Below, one piece after another: positions 1-9,019 of a stretch of 24,000 nt of DNA (its first letter is position 1; the number at the start of each line of letters is the position of its first letter). The stretch covers positions 1-24,000 of the forward strand of contig JAYZQJ010000235.1 of NCBI GenBank assembly GCA_036149055.1, read 5' to 3'. The translations under genes and the position numbers were made by a program. The stretch is from Myxococcota bacterium (GTDB lineage Bacteria; Myxococcota_A; Polyangia; Polyangiales; Sandaracinaceae). The notes beneath the pieces were generated by a model. The model saw only the letters and a list, made by a program, of their open reading frames with translations, was not told the DNA's origin and made no database searches.

Positions 1-1
1 A

Positions 2-787
2 GCCGCCGCGCCGCAGGCCGCCCAGGCTCAGCCGGCGCCCGAGCCCGCCGCGCGCCCGGCCTCGGAGCCGGTCCCCGCGAGCCGCGCGCCCTCCGAGCGC
101 CCCCGGCCGGTCGCCACCGCCGACGGCAGCGCGCAGGCGAGCCTCGTCTCCATCCTCAAGGACGGCTCGGACGGGCGGCGCTACCCGATCTACGGCGAGG
201 TCACCGACATCGGACGCGAGGAGGGGCAGATCATCCTCGGCGACGATCCCTACCTCTCGCCCCGCCACGCGCGGCTGTCGCAGAAGAACGGCCAGCTGCT
301 CATCCGGGATCTCGACAGCGTCAACGGCGTCTACGTGCGGATCCGGGAGCCCGTGGACCTGTCCGACGGTGATATGATGCTGCTCGGTCAGCAGGTCCTC
401 CGCTTCGAGGTCCTCGCCGAGACGGAGCTACCGCTGGGTCCCGCGACGCAACATGGGGTGATGGTCTTCGGGACGCCGGAGGTGCAGCGCATCGCGCGGC
501 TGCTCCAGTACACGACGGAAGGGGTGGGCCGCGACGTCCATTACCTGTATCGTGACGAGACCGTGATCGGCCGCGAACAGGGTGACCTGGTCTTCACGGA
601 CGACCCCTTCATGTCCCGACGACACGCCGCGATCACCATCGATCGAGCGAGCCGCCGCTTCGTGCTCCGCGACCTCGGCTCGTCGAACGGCACGGCGGTG
701 CGCTTCCGCGGCGAGCGGGCGCTCCGCCCCGGCGACCAGTTCCGGGTGGGCCGGCATCTCTTCCGCTTCGAGGGAGGCGCGACGTGA
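2..787 (+). CDS. Tandem-FHA domain protein (5'-truncated by the window)
   Basis: Frame is open from base 2, upstream of the listed 335 start. A Pro/Ala linker is followed by two FHA domains with canonical motifs: IGR..SPRHA..SVNG and IGR..SRRHA..SSNG. The stop overlaps the next start (GTGA). Confidence 0.92.
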   Translation, partial: AAAPQAAQAQPAPEPAARPASEPVPASRAPSERPRPVATADGSAQASLVSILKDGSDGRRYPIYGEVTDIGREEGQIILGDDPYLSPRHARLSQKNGQLLIRDLDSVNGVYVRIREPVDLSDGDMMLLGQQVLRFEVLAETELPLGPATQHGVMVFGTPEVQRIARLLQYTTEGVGRDVHYLYRDETVIGREQGDLVFTDDPFMSRRHAAITIDRASRRFVLRDLGSSNGTAVRFRGERALRPGDQFRVGRHLFRFEGGAT

Positions 788-2916
788 GCGGGAAGAAGCC
801 GTCCAAGCGGCCGCATTCGGGCTCGAGCCTCACCGACGCGGTGGTCGCCGCGCTGGCCGAGGTCGAAGACAAGACCGAGCCGAAGGGCGAGCCTCCGCCC
901 GCGGCCGAGGCCGGCTGCGCGCAGACCGACCAGCAGAAGAAGGGCGCCGCGCCGCCCCCGATGGTCGCCGACGCCCCGGGCGCCGCGGCCGAGCCTGCGC
1001 CGGCTGGCCTGAACGGCGCCAACGGGTTCCGCAGCGGGCCCGGCTCGTTCGCCGACCTCGCGCGGCGCTGGGCCGGTGGCGCCCCGATGGCCGTGCCCAC
1101 GGCGGAGGCCGGCGCAGCCGCCGCCGAGCCGCCCCCCGCCGAGCCCGCGCCCGAGCCGCCGCTCGCCAAGGCGGAGCCCGAGCCGGCCGCCGAGCCCGCC
1201 CCCGAGCCGGCGAGGGTGCAGACCGAGGCCGCCGACGAGCCGCCTCCGGCCGATGACCCGACCGCGACCATCGAAGACGCCTCCCTCGAGATCTCCTCCA
1301 GCGAGGAGCCGGGGCCCATCGAGGTCGTCTACTACGGGCGCACCGACGTCGGCCTCGTGCGCGAGCACAACGAGGACAACTTCACCGTCGCCGACCTCGA
1401 CGCCGAGGTGCGGGACAACGAGACCCCCCGCGAGACGGTGGTCGGCGATCGCGGCCTCGTCTTCGCGGTGTGCGACGGCATGGGCGGTGCGGCCGCCGGT
1501 GAGGTCGCCAGCCAGATGGCGGTCGACACCGTGCACGAGGTGATGAGCGGCACGCCCCCGGCGGACCGCGACGACTTCGCGCGCCGGCTCGTCCGCGCCA
1601 TCGAGGAGGCGGGCTACCGGATCTTCAGCGCCGCCAAGATGGACCGCACCCGCCGCGGCATGGGGACCACGGCGACGGTCGCCGGCCTGGTCGACAACGT
1701 GCTCTTCGTGGGTCAGGTGGGCGACAGCCGCGCCTACGTCCTGCGCGGCGATCAGTTCGAGATGATCACCAAGGACCAGTCCCTGGTGAACCAGCTGATC
1801 GAGGCCGGGCAGCTGACCGAGGAGGAGGCCGAGGCCTTCGAGCACTCGAACATCATCCTCCAGGCGCTCGGCACGACCGAGGAGGTCACGGTCGACCTGA
1901 CCTTCCTCGAGGTCCGCAAGGGTGACCGCCTGATGATGTGCTCGGACGGCCTCTGCGGGCTCGTGCACGCCGACATGATGAAGGAGGTGCTCCAGGGCAC
2001 GCCTTCGCAGGAGGAGGCGGCGCAGAAGCTCATCCAGATGGCCAACGCCGGCGGCGGCCACGACAACATCACGGTCATCATCGCCGACTTCACCGGCGAC
2101 GGGCTCTCCGAGGCCGAGAGCGCCAAGGTGCTCTACCAGCAGTACCCGCTCCCGCCCGACGAGTCGGGGCGCGACCCCTCGATGCCGCCGCGCGAGACCT
2201 CGATGAAGGCCGGCGCGACCAAGCCGGGCGCCGACGTGAAGCGCAACGGCGACGACGTCGAGATCGCCACGCCTTCGAGCGGCGGCGGCAAGGCGTGGAT
2301 CCTCCTGCTCCTGGTGATCGTGCTGCTCGCGCTGATCGCCGGCGCGTGGCTCGCGATGAACAACATGGAGGGCGCGGACGCCGACGCCGATCCGGAGACG
2401 CCGCCCGCGCCGATCGTCGAGGAGGAGCTCCCGCCGGAGGAGGAGCTGCTCGACGATCCGATCATCGAGGAGGTCCCGCCGGCCACGGCCGAGCGCGGCT
2501 CCGTCGCGATCAGCACCGACCTCGAGGAGGGGACCCTCTACGTGAACGGGCTGGTGCACGGGCCGCTCACGGACGGCATGGAGCTGGAGCTGCCGCCGGG
2601 CGCGTACGAGCTCTCGGCGCGGGACGGCGAGGCGCTGGTGGCGAGCCAGACGGTGACGCTGGAGGCGGGCTCGGCGGTGGACGTGAGCCTCAGCATGCCC
2701 GCGGGCGAGCTGGACGCGCCGCCCGAGGAGGCGGCCCCGGCGGAGACGCAGGAGCCCGAGACGACGGAGCCGCCGCGGAACGGCACCGACCGCAATGACA
2801 CCGGTCGCAATGGCGCTGGCCGCAATGGTCGCGGTGGCAACGGGCGCAGTGGCAACGGACGCGGTGGCCGCGGTCAGCGCGGCGACGGCCCCCTCCCCAA
2901 CAACCCCTTCCTCTGA
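784..2916 (+). CDS. Membrane-anchored PP2C/PPM (Stp1-type) Ser/Thr phosphatase with PEGA-like external domain
   Basis: PPM motifs REHNED, VCDGMGG, VGDSRAY, CSDGL and HDNIT are present. TM helix WILLLLVIVLLALIAGAWL. PEGA-like segment (LYVNG..LELPPGAYEL). Long Pro/Ala/Glu-rich N-terminus. Confidence 0.93.
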   Translation: MSGKKPSKRPHSGSSLTDAVVAALAEVEDKTEPKGEPPPAAEAGCAQTDQQKKGAAPPPMVADAPGAAAEPAPAGLNGANGFRSGPGSFADLARRWAGGAPMAVPTAEAGAAAAEPPPAEPAPEPPLAKAEPEPAAEPAPEPARVQTEAADEPPPADDPTATIEDASLEISSSEEPGPIEVVYYGRTDVGLVREHNEDNFTVADLDAEVRDNETPRETVVGDRGLVFAVCDGMGGAAAGEVASQMAVDTVHEVMSGTPPADRDDFARRLVRAIEEAGYRIFSAAKMDRTRRGMGTTATVAGLVDNVLFVGQVGDSRAYVLRGDQFEMITKDQSLVNQLIEAGQLTEEEAEAFEHSNIILQALGTTEEVTVDLTFLEVRKGDRLMMCSDGLCGLVHADMMKEVLQGTPSQEEAAQKLIQMANAGGGHDNITVIIADFTGDGLSEAESAKVLYQQYPLPPDESGRDPSMPPRETSMKAGATKPGADVKRNGDDVEIATPSSGGGKAWILLLLVIVLLALIAGAWLAMNNMEGADADADPETPPAPIVEEELPPEEELLDDPIIEEVPPATAERGSVAISTDLEEGTLYVNGLVHGPLTDGMELELPPGAYELSARDGEALVASQTVTLEAGSAVDVSLSMPAGELDAPPEEAAPAETQEPETTEPPRNGTDRNDTGRNGAGRNGRGGNGRSGNGRGGRGQRGDGPLPNNPFL
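2775..2883 (+). repeat. Degenerate 15-nt (5-aa) tandem repeat in the phosphatase C-tail
   Basis: Encodes RNGTD RNDTG RNGAG RNGRG GNGRS GNGRG GRGQR. Units begin cggaac/cgcaat/ggcaac at 15-nt intervals. Confidence 0.75.
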
Positions 2917-2933
2917 CCGCCGGGCGGGCCGCG

Positions 2934-4622
2934 ATGATCCGCCTGCACCAGACGTTCGGCGCGCACACGGGGCGAGTGCTGGAGCTCGACCGGGACGTGA
3001 TCCGGCTCGGCCGGCTGCCCGACAACGAGGTCTCGTTCGACCCGCACGCCGACCTGGACGCGTCGGGGCGCCACGCCGAGATCCGGCGGGAGGGCCCGCA
3101 GTGGGTCCTCGTGGACGTCGGCAGCCGCAACGGCACCCTGGTCCGCGGGCAGCCGGTCACCCGCCACGTGCTCGCGAGCGGGGACGAGATCGAGTTCGGG
3201 GTCGGTGGGCCGCGCATCCGCGTCGAGCTCCCGGGCGCCTCGAGGGGCCCTCAGATGACGGCGGAGGCGACGCCGGTCCAGGCCTACGCGACCGGCCCGG
3301 CGACCCCGATGGGGCACTCCGGGGACGGCTTCGCCGCGCCGAGCCTCCCGCAGATGCAGCACCCGACGCCGCCGCCTTCGCCGTTCGCGGGGCAGCCGAG
3401 CCCGGCGCCGATCTCGGCCCCCGGGATGACGCCCCAGCCGATCTCGTACCCGGGCCAGGCCCCCCAGTCGCAGCCGCCCCCGCACGGCTACCCGAGCCCG
3501 AGCGCGCCCTCGATGCCGGCCGCGACGCCGGGGCAGGGCGAGCGCCGCTACGGGCAGCGCACGGTGGGCATGATGATCCAGGCGGCCCTCCAGCAGGCCG
3601 ACGCGCAGCGCCAGCAGGGGGGCAACCGCTCGACCGCCTTCATCCGGGCGGTCGCGCACGAGGCGGCGCAGTCGAGCTCGCGCGGGCTGAAGATCGCGGT
3701 GGTCCTGCTCGCGCTGCTGCTCCTGCTGACCCTCGGCGCGGTCATCGCGGTGTTCTTCTACGCCCGCTGGCAGGAGCAGGAGCTGCGCGACGAGAACGTG
3801 CGACTGCAGCACGAGATCGCCCAGCTCGGCGAGGGGGAGTCGGCCGAGCGGCAGCAGCTCGAGCAGCGCATCCAGTCGCTCAACGAGCAGCTCTCGGAGG
3901 AGGAGGCCGCCACGGGGACCACCATCGCCGAGCAGAACGACCAGGCGGTCTGGGTGCTGCTCTCGACCCGGACCGGTGGCCAGCGCTCGGTGGTCTGCAG
4001 TGCCTTCGCGGTGCGGCCCCGCGTGCTCGCCACCGCGGCCCACTGCGTCGGGGCGCTCGAGCGGGAGATGAGCCGCAGCCGCGAGGTGCGGGCGGTGCCG
4101 AACCGCGGCGGCGACGGGCTGCAGATCGAGCGCATGTGGCGCCACCCGCAGTACACCGCCGACGCGCCGGCGAGCCCGGACGTGGGGCTGCTCCGGGTGA
4201 GCGCGCCGACCTCGCAGCAGGTCCAGGTGGCCGACATGGGGCAGCTCACCGGGCTCCGCACCGGAGACGACGTGTTCGTGCTCGGCTTCCCGGCCGCGAT
4301 CGCCGACGAGGGCGCGCCGGCCGCCGGCATCTCGACCGGGGTGGTCGGTCGGCTCACCGCGTTCGATGGCAGCGACCCCGGCAACGCGGCGCTCCGTCAC
4401 CTGGTCTCCCACAGCGCGTTCTCCGACGAGGGCACCGCGGGCTCGCCGATCTTCGACCGGCAGGGGCGGGTGGTGGCGATCAACGCGGGCAACTTCCGGG
4501 CGCGGCGCCGGGTCGTCGACACCCAGACCCGGGTGACCCGCACCGTCGAGAGCGACACCCCCTACGCGTGGGGCGTGCGCGCGGACCTGCTCCTCCAGCT
4601 CCTCGCCGGCTTGCCGGAGTGA
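2934..4622 (+). CDS. FHA + Pro-rich linker + TM + coiled coil + trypsin-like (S1) domain, probably catalytically inactive
   Basis: FHA motifs LGR..SGRHA..SRNG. TM helix IAVVLLALLLLLTLGAVIAVFFY. Protease His motif TAAHC and Asp motif DVGLL are present, but the nucleophile motif reads GTAGSP. Confidence 0.88.
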   Translation: MIRLHQTFGAHTGRVLELDRDVIRLGRLPDNEVSFDPHADLDASGRHAEIRREGPQWVLVDVGSRNGTLVRGQPVTRHVLASGDEIEFGVGGPRIRVELPGASRGPQMTAEATPVQAYATGPATPMGHSGDGFAAPSLPQMQHPTPPPSPFAGQPSPAPISAPGMTPQPISYPGQAPQSQPPPHGYPSPSAPSMPAATPGQGERRYGQRTVGMMIQAALQQADAQRQQGGNRSTAFIRAVAHEAAQSSSRGLKIAVVLLALLLLLTLGAVIAVFFYARWQEQELRDENVRLQHEIAQLGEGESAERQQLEQRIQSLNEQLSEEEAATGTTIAEQNDQAVWVLLSTRTGGQRSVVCSAFAVRPRVLATAAHCVGALEREMSRSREVRAVPNRGGDGLQIERMWRHPQYTADAPASPDVGLLRVSAPTSQQVQVADMGQLTGLRTGDDVFVLGFPAAIADEGAPAAGISTGVVGRLTAFDGSDPGNAALRHLVSHSAFSDEGTAGSPIFDRQGRVVAINAGNFRARRRVVDTQTRVTRTVESDTPYAWGVRADLLLQLLAGLPE

Positions 4623-4683
4623 GCGGCGCCCGGTAGGTGGACCGGGAACGTCGGCCGGGGTGCCGACGTACCAGGGGGTCGAG

Positions 4684-6675
4684 ATGACGAGGATCTGGCA
4701 GGTGGGCTGCCTGGCGCTGCTGTGCGCGCTGCCGAGCGCCGCCCCGAGCGTGGGCCACGCGCAGAGCGCCGGGGTGGTGCGGCGGCTGGTGTCGCAGGGG
4801 CGCATGGAGCGGCCGATGGCCCGCGCGGTGGCCGAGCGGCTCCACGAGGTCTTGCTGGAGAACGCGCGGGCCGGCGGCGACCGCTACGATCCGCTGCGGC
4901 AGCGCCTCGGGGCCCGCATGTTCGGCGGGCCGGGCGCGACCCGGGCCGAGTACGACGCGCGCCTCCGTCAGGTCGTGGAGCGCCTCGGGCGCGGGCTGAC
5001 GGACGAGAACCTCGACGATCTGTTCTCGGGCGGGGAGGAGCCGGCGCTGTTCTGCGCGCGGGTGACCGGCCTGCCGATGGGGGACTGCGACGCGGTGGTG
5101 GCGGCGGCGACCCGGGCGCCGGCCGATCTCCCGCACCTGCCGCCCGACGACGGCGCCGCGCTCGAGGCGGAGCTGACCGGCGCCGGGATCGACGCGGCCC
5201 AGGCCCGGGAGATCCGGGAGGCGATGGCGCGCACCCTGCTGTCGGTGCCCGCGTCGGTGGATCGCAGCCCGCGCGGTCGGCGGCTCGGCGCGTTGCTCGA
5301 GGCGTGCCCGGGCGGGCTGGGCGACCTCGGCGCCCAGGTGCGGGCCTGGCACCTCGGCCCGACGAGCGGGATGGTGCAGTGCGTGGTGCGCGAGGTGGCA
5401 CGCCGGGCGGGGCGCGACGCCCCCGCCCTGGTCCGGGAGACGTTCGGCGTGCGGGCCGCGGTGCCGCTCCTCCGGTGGGCGCACGGTCAGCCGGTGGTCG
5501 AGCCGATGTCGCGAGACGCGCTGATGCGCCGCGCGCGCGACCACTACCAGGCGCGCCGCTGGGCGGCCGCCGCGCAGGACTACGCGCAGGTCACCGAGCG
5601 CGAGCCGGGCTACGTCGGCGGCTGGCAGGGCCTCGCGGTGAGCCGCATGCAGGCGGGGGACGCGGCCGCGGCGGCCGACGCGTACCGTCGCGCGACCCGG
5701 CTCGCGCCGCGGGACGCGGACCTCCAGGTCGGGCTCGCCCGGGCGCTCGCGCGGGCCGGAGATCGCGCCGGCGCCGAGGCGGCCTATCGGATGGCGCTCA
5801 CCCTGCAGCCGGGCCGGCCGGACGCCGAGCGAGAGCTCGCGGTGTTGACGCGCCCGAGCGCGGCCGAGGAGGCGGCTCGGTGGCGGGCGCAGGCCCGGGA
5901 GCACTTCCGCGCCCGGCGCTTCCCGCTCGCGGTCGCCGCCTATCGTGAGGTGGTGAGCCGCTCGCCCGAGGACGCCGCCGCCCACGCCGGCCTCGGCGCC
6001 TCGCTCCTGGCCCAGGGCGACGCGGCCAGCGCGGCGCAGGCCTACGTCCGGGCCACCCAGCTCGCGCCCACCCAGGCCGCCTACTTCGCCGCCCTCGGCG
6101 CGGCCCAGGAGCGGGCCCGGGACGTCGCCGCCGCGACCGCCGCCTACCAGCGCGCGCTCGCCCTCGACCCGAGCGCCCGCCTCGCCCGCGAGGGGCTCGC
6201 TCGCCTGGCGCCCGCTCCGCCTCCGCCCGCCCTGCCTCTGCCCGCGCCGCATCCTGGAGCTGCCCCGGCGGCGCCGCCCGCCCCTCCGCCCGCTCGGCCG
6301 GCCCCGAGCGAGCCCGCCTTCGCGAGCGGGATCCCGGCGCGGCCTGCGCCACCGCCGAGCAGGGCGCCGACTGGGCCGCAGCTCCCCGAGACGCCGGCGC
6401 GCGCCGACATCGTGCGCACCCTCGGGCCGGTCGCGGCCCGGCTCGGCGCGTGCGCGCCGGAGCTCAGCGGCACGCTCCGCTTCCGGCTCGTCATCGTCGG
6501 CGGCACCGGCGAGGTGCGCGAGGCCGAGCTCGTCGGGGATCAGGCCGGCGCCGAGTTCGCGGGCTGCATGGAGGGCCACGTGCGGGGCGTCCGCTTCCCG
6601 CGCTTCAGCCGCGAGACCCTCGAGATCCAGTACCCCTTCGAGGTCACCGCCAGCGCGCCGCCGCCGAGCGAGTAG
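4684..6675 (+). CDS. Exported TPR protein with Pro-rich linker and AgmX/PglI (TonB-C-like) C-terminal domain
   Basis: ATG at 4684 gives a signal peptide (MTRIWQVGCLALLCAL..GHA/Q). Two blocks of TPR-like repeats (AYRRATRLAP, AYQRALALDP). C-terminus has LGAC..GEV..AGCMEGHVRGVRFPRF..IQYPF. Confidence 0.8.
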   Translation: MTRIWQVGCLALLCALPSAAPSVGHAQSAGVVRRLVSQGRMERPMARAVAERLHEVLLENARAGGDRYDPLRQRLGARMFGGPGATRAEYDARLRQVVERLGRGLTDENLDDLFSGGEEPALFCARVTGLPMGDCDAVVAAATRAPADLPHLPPDDGAALEAELTGAGIDAAQAREIREAMARTLLSVPASVDRSPRGRRLGALLEACPGGLGDLGAQVRAWHLGPTSGMVQCVVREVARRAGRDAPALVRETFGVRAAVPLLRWAHGQPVVEPMSRDALMRRARDHYQARRWAAAAQDYAQVTEREPGYVGGWQGLAVSRMQAGDAAAAADAYRRATRLAPRDADLQVGLARALARAGDRAGAEAAYRMALTLQPGRPDAERELAVLTRPSAAEEAARWRAQAREHFRARRFPLAVAAYREVVSRSPEDAAAHAGLGASLLAQGDAASAAQAYVRATQLAPTQAAYFAALGAAQERARDVAAATAAYQRALALDPSARLAREGLARLAPAPPPPALPLPAPHPGAAPAAPPAPPPARPAPSEPAFASGIPARPAPPPSRAPTGPQLPETPARADIVRTLGPVAARLGACAPELSGTLRFRLVIVGGTGEVREAELVGDQAGAEFAGCMEGHVRGVRFPRFSRETLEIQYPFEVTASAPPPSE

Positions 6676-6685
6676 CGGCTTTTTT
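6660..6685 (+). terminator. Possible weak intrinsic terminator
   Basis: 5-bp gccgc/gcggc stem with a 10-nt loop, overlapping the stop codon and followed by T6, a rare run in this GC-rich DNA. Confidence 0.3.
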
Positions 6686-6731
6686 GACCGGGAGGCGTCC
6701 GGCGGGCGAAAGAGGCGTCGGAGGTCGACGC

Positions 6732-7334
6732 ATGTTCGAAGGGTCCAGAGTCACGGACGCGGTCAGCTTCCACGCGCGGCGCGGGGAGCTGAAGAACGCT
6801 GTGCGCGTGGTGCGCGGGCGGACGCCGGAGCGCTTCCGCTGGAAGAAGGCCGTCGCGGGGGTCAGCCAGGTGACCGGCAAGCTCCGGGGCCTCGAGCGCA
6901 TGCGCGTCGAGGAGCCGATCCGCGAGCTCGTGATCGAGCTGCCGGACGCGAACCTCAGGCGCGAGGTCGTGCTCGACGCGCGCAAGGCGGGCGTCGACCT
7001 CGACCGCGGCGAGATCCTCCCGCACCTCACCCTGGCCGACCTCCGGCGCCTGTCGTTCCTGGTGCAGGTCGACGTGCGTCGCTTCCGTCGCCACATGAAG
7101 CTCCCCGGTGACTTCCACGAGCCGATCGACACCGCCGGCGCCGTCGTCGTCGGCCGCGCGATCAGCGAGTACCACCGCAGCCGCGCGCACAAGCTCTGGC
7201 TCAGCGTGCCCGACCCGGACGGCCCCAACGCCCTCCGACGTCACCACCAGCTGATGCTCCAGAACGCCGACAAGGAGCGCCGCGAAGCCGAGAAGTGGGG
7301 CGCGCTCGCCAAGGCCCTCATCGAAGGCAAGTAG
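6732..7334 (+). CDS. Hypothetical basic cytoplasmic protein (200 aa)
   Basis: GGAGG at 6720-6724 precedes ATG 6732. Strong GC3 codon bias and globular-looking sequence. No family recognised. Confidence 0.75.
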   Translation: MFEGSRVTDAVSFHARRGELKNAVRVVRGRTPERFRWKKAVAGVSQVTGKLRGLERMRVEEPIRELVIELPDANLRREVVLDARKAGVDLDRGEILPHLTLADLRRLSFLVQVDVRRFRRHMKLPGDFHEPIDTAGAVVVGRAISEYHRSRAHKLWLSVPDPDGPNALRRHHQLMLQNADKERREAEKWGALAKALIEGK

Positions 7335-7342
7335 GTCGCGTC

Positions 7343-8059
7343 TCAGCGCGTCGCGCGGACGCGCTCGAGGCGAGCGCGGTCGGCGCGGAGCGGGGCGAGG
7401 TCCGGGTCGATCTCCATCGCGCGCCGGTAGTGCCCGGGCGGGCGGCGCTGGTCGACCAGGAAGTCCGGCACCGCGTCCTCCGTACGGAGCGCGCGGGTCA
7501 GCTCGCGCTCGCAGCCGTCGAGGTCGCCGGTGCGGCACAGCGCGCAGGCGAGGTTGTAGCGGGTCGGGGTGGCGTCGGGGTGCTCGGCGAGCGACCCGCG
7601 CAGCAGCGGGATGGCGGCCGCGTAGTCGCCGGCCATCGCGTGGGCGTGGGCGATCCCCTCGCGCGCCGCCCAGCGATCCCGCGGGCCCAGCGTGCAGCCC
7701 TCGTCGTGCAGGGCCAGCGCGCGCTCGAAGAACGGGCGGGCCCGCTGGGGCGCACCGTCGCGGAGCAGCAGCTCGCCGAGGCGGACTCGCGCGGTGGCCG
7801 AGCCCGGGTGCTCGCCGACCAGCGCCTCGAGGCCGGCGATGGCGCCCGCGAGGTCGCGGTCCGCGCTCTCCACGAACAGCGCGATCTGGGACGGGTCGTC
7901 GGAGCCGCCCTCGCATCGTCGCGCGCCGCCGCCGCGGGGAGGCCGGGGCGCGTCTTCGGCCTCCGGCGCCTCGGCGGGCGCCGCGGGAGGAGGCTCCACC
8001 TCGCACCCCGCCAGCGCCCCGGCCAGGAGCAGCGCCATCGCGAGCCGGATCGAAGGCAC
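7343..8059 (-). CDS. TPR lipoprotein
   Basis: GTG at 8059 lies 2 nt after the upstream stop. Lipobox LAGC. TPR-like helices end in the YNLACAL..DPDLAPLR cap motif. Confidence 0.8.
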   Translation of the reverse strand: MPSIRLAMALLLAGALAGCEVEPPPAAPAEAPEAEDAPRPPRGGGARRCEGGSDDPSQIALFVESADRDLAGAIAGLEALVGEHPGSATARVRLGELLLRDGAPQRARPFFERALALHDEGCTLGPRDRWAAREGIAHAHAMAGDYAAAIPLLRGSLAEHPDATPTRYNLACALCRTGDLDGCERELTRALRTEDAVPDFLVDQRRPPGHYRRAMEIDPDLAPLRADRARLERVRATR

Positions 8060-8061
8060 GC

Positions 8062-8955
8062 TCAGAATTCGACCTGCATCAGGCTCACGGTCCCGAGGGT
8101 GCCCGGCTCCGGGCCGCTCTGCGAGGTGCCGATGAGCACGCCGGCGGTGACGCCGCCGCCGATGACGAGCACCGCGAGCAGCGTCCAGAACCACCACTCC
8201 TCGGCGACGCTCCCGCCGCCCGAGGGCTCGACCGGCGCCGGGGTGGGGCTCTGCTGCACGATCACGCGCGCGTCGCCCGGCGCCTCGGCCGGGATGCGCA
8301 CCTGGAGCGGCTCGGCCGCCGAGCCGATGCCCCCGATGCGCGCCTGCGAGGGGGCGAGCGCGATCACGTGGTAGGCGACGTCGGTGGGGCTGGAGGCGTC
8401 GCCGACCACCGGGATGCGCGCCTGGTAGATCCCGTCGGGGCGGCGGCTCATCACCGCGCGGGACTCGCCCTCGCCGGCGATGCGGTAGACCAGCCGGAGC
8501 TCCGCGACGGCGTCCGCGCCCTCGCCGACCTGGACCTCGATCGTGGGCGGCTCGCGCCGGGTCGGGGTCGGCGGCCGATGCGACAGCGCGACCTCGATCG
8601 GCGTGGGCTGCGACTCCCGGGCCCGGGCGAACGCGCTGATCACCGGCGGGCTCGCGTCGGGGTCGGTGAGGCGATGATCGGGGTCGCGCGCGTAGAGGCG
8701 CCGGAGCGTCTCGGTCGCGTCGCGCTCCTGCCGGTTGGCGATCTGCGCGGTGGCGAGGACCTCGAGCGCGGCGTTCCGGTCGGCGGCCGAGAGATCGGTC
8801 CGCGCGAGCAGCGCCTGCGACTGCTCGATCGCGTCCTCGAAGCGGGCCTGGAAGATGAGCTCGCGGATCGCGGACAGCTCGGCCTCCTGCGCGGACGCCG
8901 AGCGCGGCGCGAGGCAGGTGAGCAACAGGGCCAGCGAGAGCGCCGTACGCAGCAT
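8062..8955 (-). CDS. Exported TPR-like protein with C-terminal WWFW membrane anchor
   Basis: ATG 8955 gives signal peptide MLRTALSLALLLTC..ASA/Q. Helical N-domain, beta-rich middle domain, and C-terminal EEWWFWTLLAVLVIGGGVTAGVLI. Confidence 0.8.
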   Translation of the reverse strand: MLRTALSLALLLTCLAPRSASAQEAELSAIRELIFQARFEDAIEQSQALLARTDLSAADRNAALEVLATAQIANRQERDATETLRRLYARDPDHRLTDPDASPPVISAFARARESQPTPIEVALSHRPPTPTRREPPTIEVQVGEGADAVAELRLVYRIAGEGESRAVMSRRPDGIYQARIPVVGDASSPTDVAYHVIALAPSQARIGGIGSAAEPLQVRIPAEAPGDARVIVQQSPTPAPVEPSGGGSVAEEWWFWTLLAVLVIGGGVTAGVLIGTSQSGPEPGTLGTVSLMQVEF

Positions 8956-8962
8956 GGTCGCG

Positions 8963-8991
8963 AGCCTACCCCCGCAGCCCCTCGGCGCCAA
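8963..8991 (-). promoter_or_regulatory. Putative sigma70-type promoter (leaderless)
   Basis: TTGGCG-N17-TAGGCT, ending 7 nt before ATG 8955. No Shine-Dalgarno. Confidence 0.55.
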
Positions 8992-9019
8992 CGACACCTC
9001 TGCGACGTCGCCGAGCCGT

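Noticed and set aside
2..4622. Type VI secretion Fha/PppA module
   Set aside because: No tss core genes in the window, and the domain architectures differ from TagH/PppA.
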